From: Euryarchaeota archaeon UBA58
GTDB taxonomy: Archaea; Thermoplasmatota; Poseidoniia; Poseidoniales; Thalassarchaeaceae
Assembly: GCA_002498525.1 (NCBI GenBank)
Contig: DAHR01000013.1
Coordinates: forward strand, 131,809-194,213
DNA: 62,405 nucleotides
Reading direction: 5' to 3'
A program made the position numbers and the translations under genes. The notes beneath the pieces were generated by a model. It searched no databases, was not told the origin of the DNA, and saw only the letters and a list, made by a program, of their open reading frames with translations. This document shows, piece by piece, positions 9,001 through 16,676 of this stretch (position 1 is the first letter of the stretch; every line of letters starts with the position of its first letter).

Positions 9001-11224
9001 TGGGTTGATAGTAGCCGAGCGTGCAGGCGATCTGCGCGGTCGCTCCAGTGCTGTAGACGTAATATCCCGCTTGAGCTGGAATGCACGAGGCCTGGCCCGT
9101 CTGATTCTGGTAAGTTCCTATGGCGCACTCCACCTCATTGATTCTGTATTCCGCGTCGACTGCGAACGAGGTCGAACCTATTGGGTTCATCGCGCCCTCG
9201 GTCGATCGCAGGTCGATGACCAGAGTGTAATTCGCGCGTGCTGTTGAACCCGATGAATACAGTACGCGCAGGAAGTAGGTCGCTGTCGTATTGTTGGCTG
9301 CAGCCGTCGAGACCTCGTCATAACTCGTATTGCTGATGCTCGAGGTGATGATGCTGAATGAATCATTGAGCAGGTCGAGATCGAAGTCGGTGACTGATGG
9401 AGAAGTGAGGTTCGCAGTGAAGTAGGAATTCCTGTCCAGAGCGATCTCGTAGACATCGCTCGTATCGGCTGTGCCGTCAGCTGCTGCCGTGTAGTTCGCG
9501 CTCATCGCCGAGAGCGGCAGCGCTGTGCTGCTGCTGTCGCCGGCATCGCCACTGAGGCTGGTGACATAATGGCCGGCGGAAGCGGCGGTGCACGAGGTTT
9601 GACCTATACTCGCTTGGTAAGTTCCGGATGCGCATGGAGTCTGGCTGGTCGCCATGTCGGAGTCGACGGAATTCCCAGCCGATGCGTCGAGACATTCACC
9701 CTGTCCGGTGAAGGGCTGGAAAGTACCGGCGCTGCAGGCGAACTGATTGAGAGAGCCGGCGACCGCGTAATTCCCAGCATCGGCTGCGACGCAGAGCAAG
9801 CGGCCATACTGGCCGATTGGGCAATCTGTCCAACGTGCGGAATTGTCGGGATAATCATCGTCGGCGTCGACTACGCCGTCACCGTCGGAATCGCCCGTCT
9901 GATGGGTGTCGAAGATGTTGCGTGTACCGTCGCCGTCCATGTCCTGGTCGGAATAGGCGACGTGCGCACCAGCATCGAAATCCATCTCGTACGGATTCAA
10001 CTTCGGCTCGGTCGTATTGTCGAATTCGCCCGACTGCGCGCCCCAGCAGCGCAGCGAATCATCGGACAGCAGCGCACAGGTCGAATCACTGCCTGTCGTT
10101 GCTGAAAGGACGGTCAGGCCACTCGTCAGATTGACCGAGAGGGGCGAATCACCCTGACCGGGGAAGATGTTCTCGCCGCTGCAAATCGCATTGATTGTCG
10201 AGCTGCAATTCCCATCACCGAGTTGTCCATTGGTGTTGACTCCCCAGCATTGCATCGAGCCATCGCTGACCACAGCGCAGGTGTGTGAACCGATGCCATC
10301 GAGCATCGTCGCTGTGACACCAGCCCCAAGATCGACGATGTGGACATTGCCCGAGACCGCACCATTGTCGGTCGAGACGGTGTATTTGTCACCCCAGCAT
10401 CCGACCGAGCCATTGTCTAGAATCACACAGGTGCTGCGACCCGGCGTCACCACAGTGACAGCCCGCAAGCCGGTCGAATGATTGGCCACGACCGGCAGCA
10501 GAGAATCGCTCGTCGTGCCGTCGCCCAACTGACCGCGAATGTTGTAGCCCCAGCACTTGACATCACCAGCATGGGTGATCGCGCAGGTGTGGCCGGCACC
10601 GGCCGCCACAGCCACCGCATCGGTGTCCGTACCCAGATCGATTTGAACCGGTGATACCCGATTCGACGTCGAATTATCGCCGATCTGACCATGATGATTG
10701 CGACCCCAGCACCAGAGGCTGGCATCGACGAGAATCGCACAGGAATGGTCGCTGCCGGAATCTACCATCACCGGAACAATGCCGCTGAATGAGACGTAAC
10801 CAGCACTCAGCGATGTCGCGCCAATTCCGAGTTGTCCGTAATTGTTCTGACCGGAGCAATACATCGAATTATTCGACAGAATCACACACGGCTCAGAAGT
10901 CGTCACAACCGAATCATCGGTATAGACAGGACTGCCGTTGACCCACTCGACAGTGGTTCCATTGGCCAGCACCACGATTGGGCCATTCTGGCCGATGTCG
11001 AGGGCCGAATTCGAAAACACCGAGCCGGCCTCGGTTCCGCGCACATTCGGCGTAGCACCGCCGGAGTGCGTGAAAGCATCACTCGCTTCATCATCAAGCA
11101 AACCGGGCCTTTCCGCCGAACCAGCATATTCCACGGAAGAGGCGAGGAATCCAAGCATCGTCACGCCGAAGAAGAGGGCACAGATTCCAAGTGCGATGGT
11201 TGACTTGCGTTGCGCTGAGAGCAT
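6059..11224 (-). CDS. large membrane-anchored surface protein (RCC1 repeats, Cys-rich GCC2_GCC3-like repeats, PPC-like domain, TSP3-like repeats, TM, acidic tail)
   Basis: N-terminal hydrophobic signal; HTCA...CWG.N..GQLG RCC1 repeats; about 20 CxxGxYQ...C repeats; DxDGDG repeats; TM near the C-terminus. Confidence 0.9.
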   Translation of the reverse strand: MLSAQRKSTIALGICALFFGVTMLGFLASSVEYAGSAERPGLLDDEASDAFTHSGGATPNVRGTEAGSVFSNSALDIGQNGPIVVLANGTTVEWVNGSPVYTDDSVVTTSEPCVILSNNSMYCSGQNNYGQLGIGATSLSAGYVSFSGIVPVMVDSGSDHSCAILVDASLWCWGRNHHGQIGDNSTSNRVSPVQIDLGTDTDAVAVAAGAGHTCAITHAGDVKCWGYNIRGQLGDGTTSDSLLPVVANHSTGLRAVTVVTPGRSTCVILDNGSVGCWGDKYTVSTDNGAVSGNVHIVDLGAGVTATMLDGIGSHTCAVVSDGSMQCWGVNTNGQLGDGNCSSTINAICSGENIFPGQGDSPLSVNLTSGLTVLSATTGSDSTCALLSDDSLRCWGAQSGEFDNTTEPKLNPYEMDFDAGAHVAYSDQDMDGDGTRNIFDTHQTGDSDGDGVVDADDDYPDNSARWTDCPIGQYGRLLCVAADAGNYAVAGSLNQFACSAGTFQPFTGQGECLDASAGNSVDSDMATSQTPCASGTYQASIGQTSCTAASAGHYVTSLSGDAGDSSSTALPLSAMSANYTAAADGTADTSDVYEIALDRNSYFTANLTSPSVTDFDLDLLNDSFSIITSSISNTSYDEVSTAAANNTTATYFLRVLYSSGSTARANYTLVIDLRSTEGAMNPIGSTSFAVDAEYRINEVECAIGTYQNQTGQASCIPAQAGYYVYSTGATAQIACTLGYYQPNTGATTCMVAAIGYYVGSTAATMQTPAAPGYFVNVSGATFQAQCSAGSYQPAYAQTSCFSANAGYYVANPASANQTACELGTYQPYIGQSSCLNAQPGYYVGSTGSTNQTACSVGTYQPYSGQSGCLNAAAGHYVPTTASTQQYECAVGTYQSATGQDKCESASPGYYVNSTASDRQFPCEPGTYQPAIGADSCLIADPGNYVDTQAATAQIACSAGSYNPYAGADNADDCMLADMGYYVPLTGSIAQTPCALGSYAANQGQITCDSASPGYYVNSAASMQQHPCEAGNWQDLAGQISCNVAEPGYYVENGAATAQTPCSAGTYNPNSGSTSPSDCVTAEAGNFVEDAGSSYQTPCPAGTYQPAPASTSCIDADFGYHVPAEGATGQIGCTMGSYQGSRAGTECFEAAPGHYVDTHFASAQKPCLAGTFNPARGSTSANDCIQAQPGNYVANAGSGLQTQCALGTYQPNSGWAWCLTADTGHYVDSMGALVQTLCAPGSYNPNTESVSATACEEADPGYSVESEAAPAQTPCEPGEYQNERGQTACKAADPGYFTNTSAAISQTPAPIDHYIEQTGATEAIPCPNEQMTMLEGTSSLSDCHTDTDRDRIPDFLDRDDDGDGIDDGMDMCDFGVMGWTSTPAIDNDADGCRDADEDDDDDNDGYLDEDDEFPLDPTEWLDTDGDGIGDNADTDDDGDGIPDAEELKLGLNPLIADGDGDGYNDSIDAFPKDSSEWLDTDGDGVGDNSDKFPTIRYYQTYSQAMFHLVIALAVLGMVGFSIKMGRARADGPEDEDAEMMEIGGVSIPVTADATAEVELADRDHDFDSVEEMEIEAAIEPEEAEVEDDEFDSAPSMYDLESSQAEAEPEPETEEIDAGEVEPESETTEDTEVTEELEEETDEPIEEPVEEPAEKSDVGEFDLGALLETAPPPAPLIEAPADAQINEHGQKVWRGADGNVWVQNPDGSLLRHNELTGAWEPFEQ
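7202..9823 (-). repeat. about 20 tandem 34/37-aa Cys-rich coding repeats (CxxGTYQPxxGQxxCxxAxxGxYVxxxxAxxQxx)
   Basis: Units counted directly in the translation; interrupted once by a ~140-aa non-repeat domain (about 9130-9560). Confidence 0.85.
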
Positions 11225-11280
11225 GGGTATTGGCGCCGTTGTGGAGATTATGACTATTCCCTATGCCTGAACGGCTTGCA

Positions 11281-13068
11281 TCATGCGTTTAGCACCTCTA
11301 GAGCCAGTCCAAAGGACTGAACGTCAGATTCGACAAAAGCTTCCTCAACACTCTCGAATGGTTTTGCTGGGTTCTTGCGCGCCGCCTTCGCTCTGGTTGA
11401 GATCAACCTCCATGCGGCCTTCGCTCCGATGCCTGGGATGGCCGCGAGTTGGGCCTGTGTGGCTGTGTTGATCGATAGGTCCGACTCGACCCCCGATATG
11501 CTGCGCATGCCGTGGCCGGTGATGATGATGTCCGAGCCGGTTTCGAGAGGGATCTGGTAGGGTACTCCTACGAGGATTGGGTAGGCTCCGATTTGGCGGC
11601 CGAAAGTGATGCCGGCTTTGCCGTGAATGGCCGGGTTTCGGTATTCCGGGTTGAGGACTTGTTCGGGTCTGCGGATGCGGTCTCCGTGGGCTTCCCACCA
11701 GACCTCGCGCAGGGTCGTTCCGAGTGGGAACATCTCGGTCAGGAGTGGGTGGTCGATCTCTTCTCTGACTTGGCGTTTGAATTCGCGGAATGTGTCTTGC
11801 GGGATGGGCTGGAATCCTTGGCCTTCGACTTGGCGGATGTTGATTCTTCGAAGCCACAGACCTTCGGCGCGCAGGCTTTGGAGGAGTTTGCGGTTGAGTT
11901 CGTAGGATTTCTCAGTCTCACCGTTGAGGCCGGCTATGAAATTGAGGCCGGGAAGGAGTTTCGGGAGGCCTCGCTCGCCTCGCTCGCGGCCGAATTCGTT
12001 GATGTGACGGATCGCTGTTCTCAGTTGCTCGGCGTCGCAGTTGAGCCAGTTCTCCTCGTGCACTGTCGGGTCTGCTGATTCGAGGCCGAAGGAAAGGACT
12101 GCTCCATCGGAGAGTGTTTCGATCATCGTGCGGGTGATCTCGGTTGCCGGTTCGAGATTCTCTGCGACTATCGAGGGATTGCCATTGTCGACATGGAGGA
12201 TTTCGAGGCGTTCGTCTTCACGCAGGCCGTGTAGGACTTTTGCTATCGGTTCGGGGTTCGGGACGGGATATTCGAGTTCCAAAACGCCCTCCGCCTTGTA
12301 GGTGTAGATGTCGGTCGCGCCGCCGATTCTGACATGCCGAACTCCCTCGTCGAGGGCGCTTGTGATCTCAGCGATGACTGCTGCTTCTTCGCGCCATATC
12401 GGTACTCCTTTCTTGGGCTCGATGCAGAACTTGCAGCCGCGCTTGAAGCGCACGCAGCCTTGGTAGAGTTCGACCTCGTAGGTGAGGGGTCCAGCTCGTC
12501 CATCTTCGGTCCGTAGATCAGGGTGTTCGGTCACACATTTTCCTTTTGCACCGGCTGCAGCCCAAGTGTTCCATTGGTCTGCAGTGCGGCGTTTATGAGC
12601 CCACTTTCCGGTGCTGAGGAAATTGTCGAAGGTCGCGTCAGTATCCTGCACGGCGCAGAACAGATTCGAGCGTAAGGGCATCCAACCATCATAGCGCCAA
12701 TGTTTGATCGCCCAGCCGCCGGCAAGGACTGGTTGTTCGCTGGGTAGAACGGCGAGGAACTCGTCGAGTTCGCGGCGTGAAATCGGAGTTCCTCGAACAT
12801 ATTTTCCAGGCACGACAGCACCAGCTAGAACCACCGCTCCATCGAGGTCAGAGAGTTCTCGCTGCAGGGCGGCTCGCTCGCCTGAATCGGCAATACGTGC
12901 TTTGTGTTCAAGCCGCCATCGATCGATGGTCATGTAGGTGTATGGAATCCCTCGCGCTTCCAACACTCCGCAGATGTAGCGGATGTGGAATCCTAGGTAA
13001 TTCGGCACGCCGAAGGCGGCCGGTTCATCCTCGTAACCATCGAGAACGAGCCAGCCTTCCATCTCCAT
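11281..13068 (-). CDS. radical SAM protein with C-terminal helix-hairpin-helix (COG1031-like)
   Basis: DGYEDEPAAFGVP N-terminus, cluster motif GCVRFKRGCKFC, GRQIGAYP and HhH INTATQAQLAAIPGIG. Confidence 0.85.
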   Translation of the reverse strand: MEMEGWLVLDGYEDEPAAFGVPNYLGFHIRYICGVLEARGIPYTYMTIDRWRLEHKARIADSGERAALQRELSDLDGAVVLAGAVVPGKYVRGTPISRRELDEFLAVLPSEQPVLAGGWAIKHWRYDGWMPLRSNLFCAVQDTDATFDNFLSTGKWAHKRRTADQWNTWAAAGAKGKCVTEHPDLRTEDGRAGPLTYEVELYQGCVRFKRGCKFCIEPKKGVPIWREEAAVIAEITSALDEGVRHVRIGGATDIYTYKAEGVLELEYPVPNPEPIAKVLHGLREDERLEILHVDNGNPSIVAENLEPATEITRTMIETLSDGAVLSFGLESADPTVHEENWLNCDAEQLRTAIRHINEFGRERGERGLPKLLPGLNFIAGLNGETEKSYELNRKLLQSLRAEGLWLRRINIRQVEGQGFQPIPQDTFREFKRQVREEIDHPLLTEMFPLGTTLREVWWEAHGDRIRRPEQVLNPEYRNPAIHGKAGITFGRQIGAYPILVGVPYQIPLETGSDIIITGHGMRSISGVESDLSINTATQAQLAAIPGIGAKAAWRLISTRAKAARKNPAKPFESVEEAFVESDVQSFGLALEVLNA

Positions 13069-13132
13069 CCCCCCATACGCGGGCGCGAGCGCCCTCCTTC
13101 ACGACTTCGCTCACGAATTTGTGAGAATTCGC

Positions 13133-14473
13133 TCAGTTCCGACGGCGTCGGCCACCATCGCGACCACCGCGTCCGCCGTGACGATTGCCACCGCGATTGC
13201 CACCACGACCACCACCGCGGCTACCGCCACGTGAATCGTTGGACTCCTGAACGCTGAGTTTGCGACCGTTGACATCGGTGCCGTTGAGTTCCTTGAGTGC
13301 CGCCTCGCCTGCCTTCCGGCTAGCGAATTTGATGAAAGCGAAGCCGCGCGACTTTCCGGTCTCACGGTCGGTGGCGATGCTGACTTCCTTCAATTCACCA
13401 TGAGCGGCGAACAACTCTCGCAGCTCATCTTCTGAGGTTTCGTAGGATAGACTCGCAACGAAGAGTTTGATCCCCATGGTTTCACCAGCCTCGGCTCGAG
13501 CCTTTTTGAGAATCTCTCGCTCGGCAGCAAGCTCCTCACGGCTCGCTTTTCCGTCCTTGACCTTGTTCATGCAGTCTCGGCAGCGGATTGGTTTTCCGGG
13601 TGTCGGCTCGAATGGGACGGTCGTGTCGATTAGGCACAAAGTACACTTGCAAGCGTGTGAAACTCGTGGTTTTCGGTCACCGCCGCGTCCACCGCCGCCG
13701 CCGCGTCCCCCGCCGGTGATTGCTGCACGCATCTTGGCCGCGGCAGCTGGAATATCGTGTGCCATGCCGCGGCGATGGTCGGCCACTGGGGACAGATATG
13801 GTCTGGCTCCCTCGTGGCCGAGTCCCGACTCAGCAGCTGCTGACCAACGCTCGCCGGTCCGATTCAGGCTCTGGACATCCCCACCGAGGGTGTGTCCGTG
13901 ACCGAAGCCATTGGAGAGAACGCGGTAGCCGATGTAGTCGCAGCGAGGGCATTTGACGTTGAAATCGGGTTTTGCCGACGAGGTCTCGAGGTCGACTCCG
14001 CAGGCAGGGCAGATGGCTGACAATACGCCGAGTTCGGGCGCCTCGCGCGTGGTCGCCTTGATGTTCGGCTCGACTTGGGTGATGCGGGCTCTGATGATGT
14101 CGCGCGTGCGCATCGCATCGCCAGGTGAAGGGAGGAATCTGTCGACGATTTGAGTCACGAATAAGTCTGCGAAGAGGTTCAGTGCTGGCAGGTCTCGATG
14201 GCCGCCATCCTTCTCGATGTGAAGCAAACGGACCATCGCAACTTTCGGCATCAATTTTGTGACTTCTGCGATTACGTCATCACCGACCATTGGTAGATTC
14301 GTCTCAACTTGAGTGGTCTCGATGGAGATTGTTCCGCTCGAATCGACGACGGTGCCAGAGACTGTTGCGACGACGCCGGTGCCGGTCTCGTGAACGCCGG
14401 TTCCAAGGCTCGCACCCTCAGGGATTGAGATGGAGTTTCCAGGTGTGACAAAGTCACCAGCAGCAGCACTCAT
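13133..14473 (-). CDS. csl4: exosome RNA-binding cap protein Csl4 fused to a CxxC-x17-CxxC domain, an RRM and an RGG-rich tail
   Basis: FVTPG N-domain, S1-like PMVGDDVIAEVT...DIIRARI, ELGVLSAICPAC...CPRC Zn ribbon; then CTLC-x17-CRDC; RNP2 KLFVASL and RNP1 RGFAFIKF; start taken at MSAAAG. Confidence 0.85.
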   Translation of the reverse strand: MSAAAGDFVTPGNSISIPEGASLGTGVHETGTGVVATVSGTVVDSSGTISIETTQVETNLPMVGDDVIAEVTKLMPKVAMVRLLHIEKDGGHRDLPALNLFADLFVTQIVDRFLPSPGDAMRTRDIIRARITQVEPNIKATTREAPELGVLSAICPACGVDLETSSAKPDFNVKCPRCDYIGYRVLSNGFGHGHTLGGDVQSLNRTGERWSAAAESGLGHEGARPYLSPVADHRRGMAHDIPAAAAKMRAAITGGGRGGGGGRGGDRKPRVSHACKCTLCLIDTTVPFEPTPGKPIRCRDCMNKVKDGKASREELAAEREILKKARAEAGETMGIKLFVASLSYETSEDELRELFAAHGELKEVSIATDRETGKSRGFAFIKFASRKAGEAALKELNGTDVNGRKLSVQESNDSRGGSRGGGRGGNRGGNRHGGRGGRDGGRRRRN

Positions 14474-14569
14474 CGAGCCGCCGACCGGACAACCCCCTAT
14501 GAACGCGACGGCCGTGCGTAGCACGGTCTTGGGCTAGAGTACACAGCGGGCTTGGCAAGAAGTTGCAGT

Positions 14570-15187
14570 TCACTCAGCAGGAGGTGTGAGTCGCCAGAAT
14601 GCGACTCGGGTTCGGCCTTGGCGGCGCGAATGATGAGCATAGGCGGCTGGCAGGGCGAAATCCGCTTCCCAATATCTTTCAACGGCCCAGCCCGATTCTT
14701 CGAAAAATGACTGGATATGAGTCGCAGCGGCGCTGTGCATCAAGTGGCATATCGCACCACTGCGAAGCATCGCCTCGAGAAATGGCCGATCAGCTCTGGC
14801 GCTTTGTGCGCCCCAAGGTGGGTTAGAAATCACAAGGCTTGCACCCGCCACATCGAGGTTCTCATCGACGCTACGACACATCACCTCAACCACTTCGCCC
14901 ACGTCAACTTGCTCGACCGCCTCGAAGGCAGCAGCGCAAGCAGCCTCATCACATTCGATCAGCACTACCGAAGTTGCACCTAGCAGCGCGGCGCCGATTC
15001 CCAGAACTCCATTGCCTGCGCCGAGGTCGGCGACCACTGAATCAGAATCGAGGTCGCCAAAAGCGGCGATCTGTCCCAACCAAGCAGCAGCCATATCGCC
15101 GCTAGTCACATATTGTTCCAACTCGACAATCCCGCACGGATGCTCAGGAAGCGAGGAGAGAGTCATCGCGAGTCTGCGTTGGCGCAC
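14570..15187 (-). CDS. METTL5-family SAM-dependent methyltransferase (COG2263)
   Basis: LEQYVT, DLGAGNGVLG, NPPWG and AHH motifs. Confidence 0.85.
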   Translation of the reverse strand: MRQRRLAMTLSSLPEHPCGIVELEQYVTSGDMAAAWLGQIAAFGDLDSDSVVADLGAGNGVLGIGAALLGATSVVLIECDEAACAAAFEAVEQVDVGEVVEVMCRSVDENLDVAGASLVISNPPWGAQSARADRPFLEAMLRSGAICHLMHSAAATHIQSFFEESGWAVERYWEADFALPAAYAHHSRRQGRTRVAFWRLTPPAE

Positions 15188-15360
15188 ATCCCCGCTATGC
15201 GGTCGCGCTATTGGGTTGCTGCCCAGAATTCGAATGACGATTGCGCTTTTCCAGCAAAGAATCAGTCAACAACACCCAGAAACGGCTGGTTCCGAACCGA
15301 TCCGAGCCGCACATCATCGGCTGAGAGTTCAAGAACCCTCGATGTCCACTCAGTTTCACG

Positions 15361-16650
15361 ATGCAGTACGAAATCGTATACTTGATCGTAGGAATTCTCG
15401 CGGGGGCGGCCATCGGCTGGCTCTACGCGAAGCAGAAGACAGATGCCGCCTTGAGTGAGGCGAAGACAGCAATGACGCGCGCACAAGCAACAGCCGAAGC
15501 ACTCGCTGAGGCGCGCGAGGGCGAGGAATCGATGATCCGCGAAATGCGCGAGAGCGAGCAGAAGCGAGTCAACGAATTGCTGAAGGAAGAAATGAAGAAT
15601 ATTGCAACACAAGTCGGCGAGCGGAACACCGCCGAATTTCTCAAGCTCGCCGACCAGAGATTCGCAGTGGGTCAGAAAGAAGCTGAGAAGAGCCTCGAAA
15701 CTCGCAAACTCGAGGTCGAGGCTCTCATCACACCTCTACGCGATGAGATGGTGAAGATGTCAACTGCCAACCAAGCGATGGAGAAGGATCGCGAAGGTGC
15801 TTACCAAGCCATCAAGCGTCAACTGAAGGATCTGGGCGACCAAACCGAGAACCTCGGTGTGAGAACCACCGCTCTCTCGACAGCCCTCACCACCTCTGGT
15901 CAGGCTCGTGGTAATTGGGGCGAGGTGAAACTCCGCCGCCTCTTCGAGATGGCTGGGATGTCCGAACATGTCGACTTCTTTGAACAAGAAACAATCGAAG
16001 GCGGCGGTCGACCGGATTACATCATCCGCATGCCGCAGCAAGGTGTGATTCCAATCGATTCCAAAGCCTCAGGAGCGTCCTTCCTCAAGGCCGTCGAACT
16101 CGATGCTGGAGAAAAGCAAGACGCCCTTCTCGCCGAGCACGCAGTAGCTGTGAAACAACGAATCAAGGAGTTGAGTTCAAAGAGTTACCAAGAGGATATC
16201 GAGGGTGATTTTGACCATGTCGTGATGTTCATTCCGAGCGAAGCCATGGCAGCAGCAGCCTTCAGTATCGACCCAGATTTGATGGATTATGCGATGACGA
16301 AATTCGTTCTCATTGCCACTCCCGTGACGATGCTCGGCTTACTGCGAACTATCGCCCTCTACTGGCAACAACATGCATTGGCAGAGGGTGCGAGTGAGAT
16401 TTACGAAGTCTCCCGGGAGATGTACAAGCGAGTCAATACGCTCATCGAACACCTCTTGAAAGTCGGTGGGCACCTCGATAAGGCTGGCAAGTCCTACAAT
16501 GACGCCATGCGCTCGTACGAGAGCCGAGTTCTACCCCAAGGACGTCGTCTCGACGATCTGCAAGTCTCCGACACTCTGGCGAGTGCACTGCCAGAGCCAA
16601 AAGAGATTGAAGCCTTTCCAAACAAGACTTCCACAGATGGGGAGGAATGA
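15361..16650 (+). CDS. rmuC: DNA recombination protein RmuC
   Basis: N-terminal TM, coiled coil, RGNWGE, RPD...IDSKA, MFIPSE and IATPVT motifs. Confidence 0.92.
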   Translation: MQYEIVYLIVGILAGAAIGWLYAKQKTDAALSEAKTAMTRAQATAEALAEAREGEESMIREMRESEQKRVNELLKEEMKNIATQVGERNTAEFLKLADQRFAVGQKEAEKSLETRKLEVEALITPLRDEMVKMSTANQAMEKDREGAYQAIKRQLKDLGDQTENLGVRTTALSTALTTSGQARGNWGEVKLRRLFEMAGMSEHVDFFEQETIEGGGRPDYIIRMPQQGVIPIDSKASGASFLKAVELDAGEKQDALLAEHAVAVKQRIKELSSKSYQEDIEGDFDHVVMFIPSEAMAAAAFSIDPDLMDYAMTKFVLIATPVTMLGLLRTIALYWQQHALAEGASEIYEVSREMYKRVNTLIEHLLKVGGHLDKAGKSYNDAMRSYESRVLPQGRRLDDLQVSDTLASALPEPKEIEAFPNKTSTDGEE

Positions 16651-16676
16651 AAGGTCTCGCGTAGCGTCGACATCCC

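Noticed and set aside
6088..11203. Many long overlapping and antisense ORFs (also opposite sufB, gyrA, mutL and the S8 protease)
   Set aside because: Shadow ORFs expected from high GC and codon bias; no recognisable motifs
15361..16650. RmuC as an anti-phage defence island
   Set aside because: Stand-alone canonical RmuC with no neighbouring defence genes
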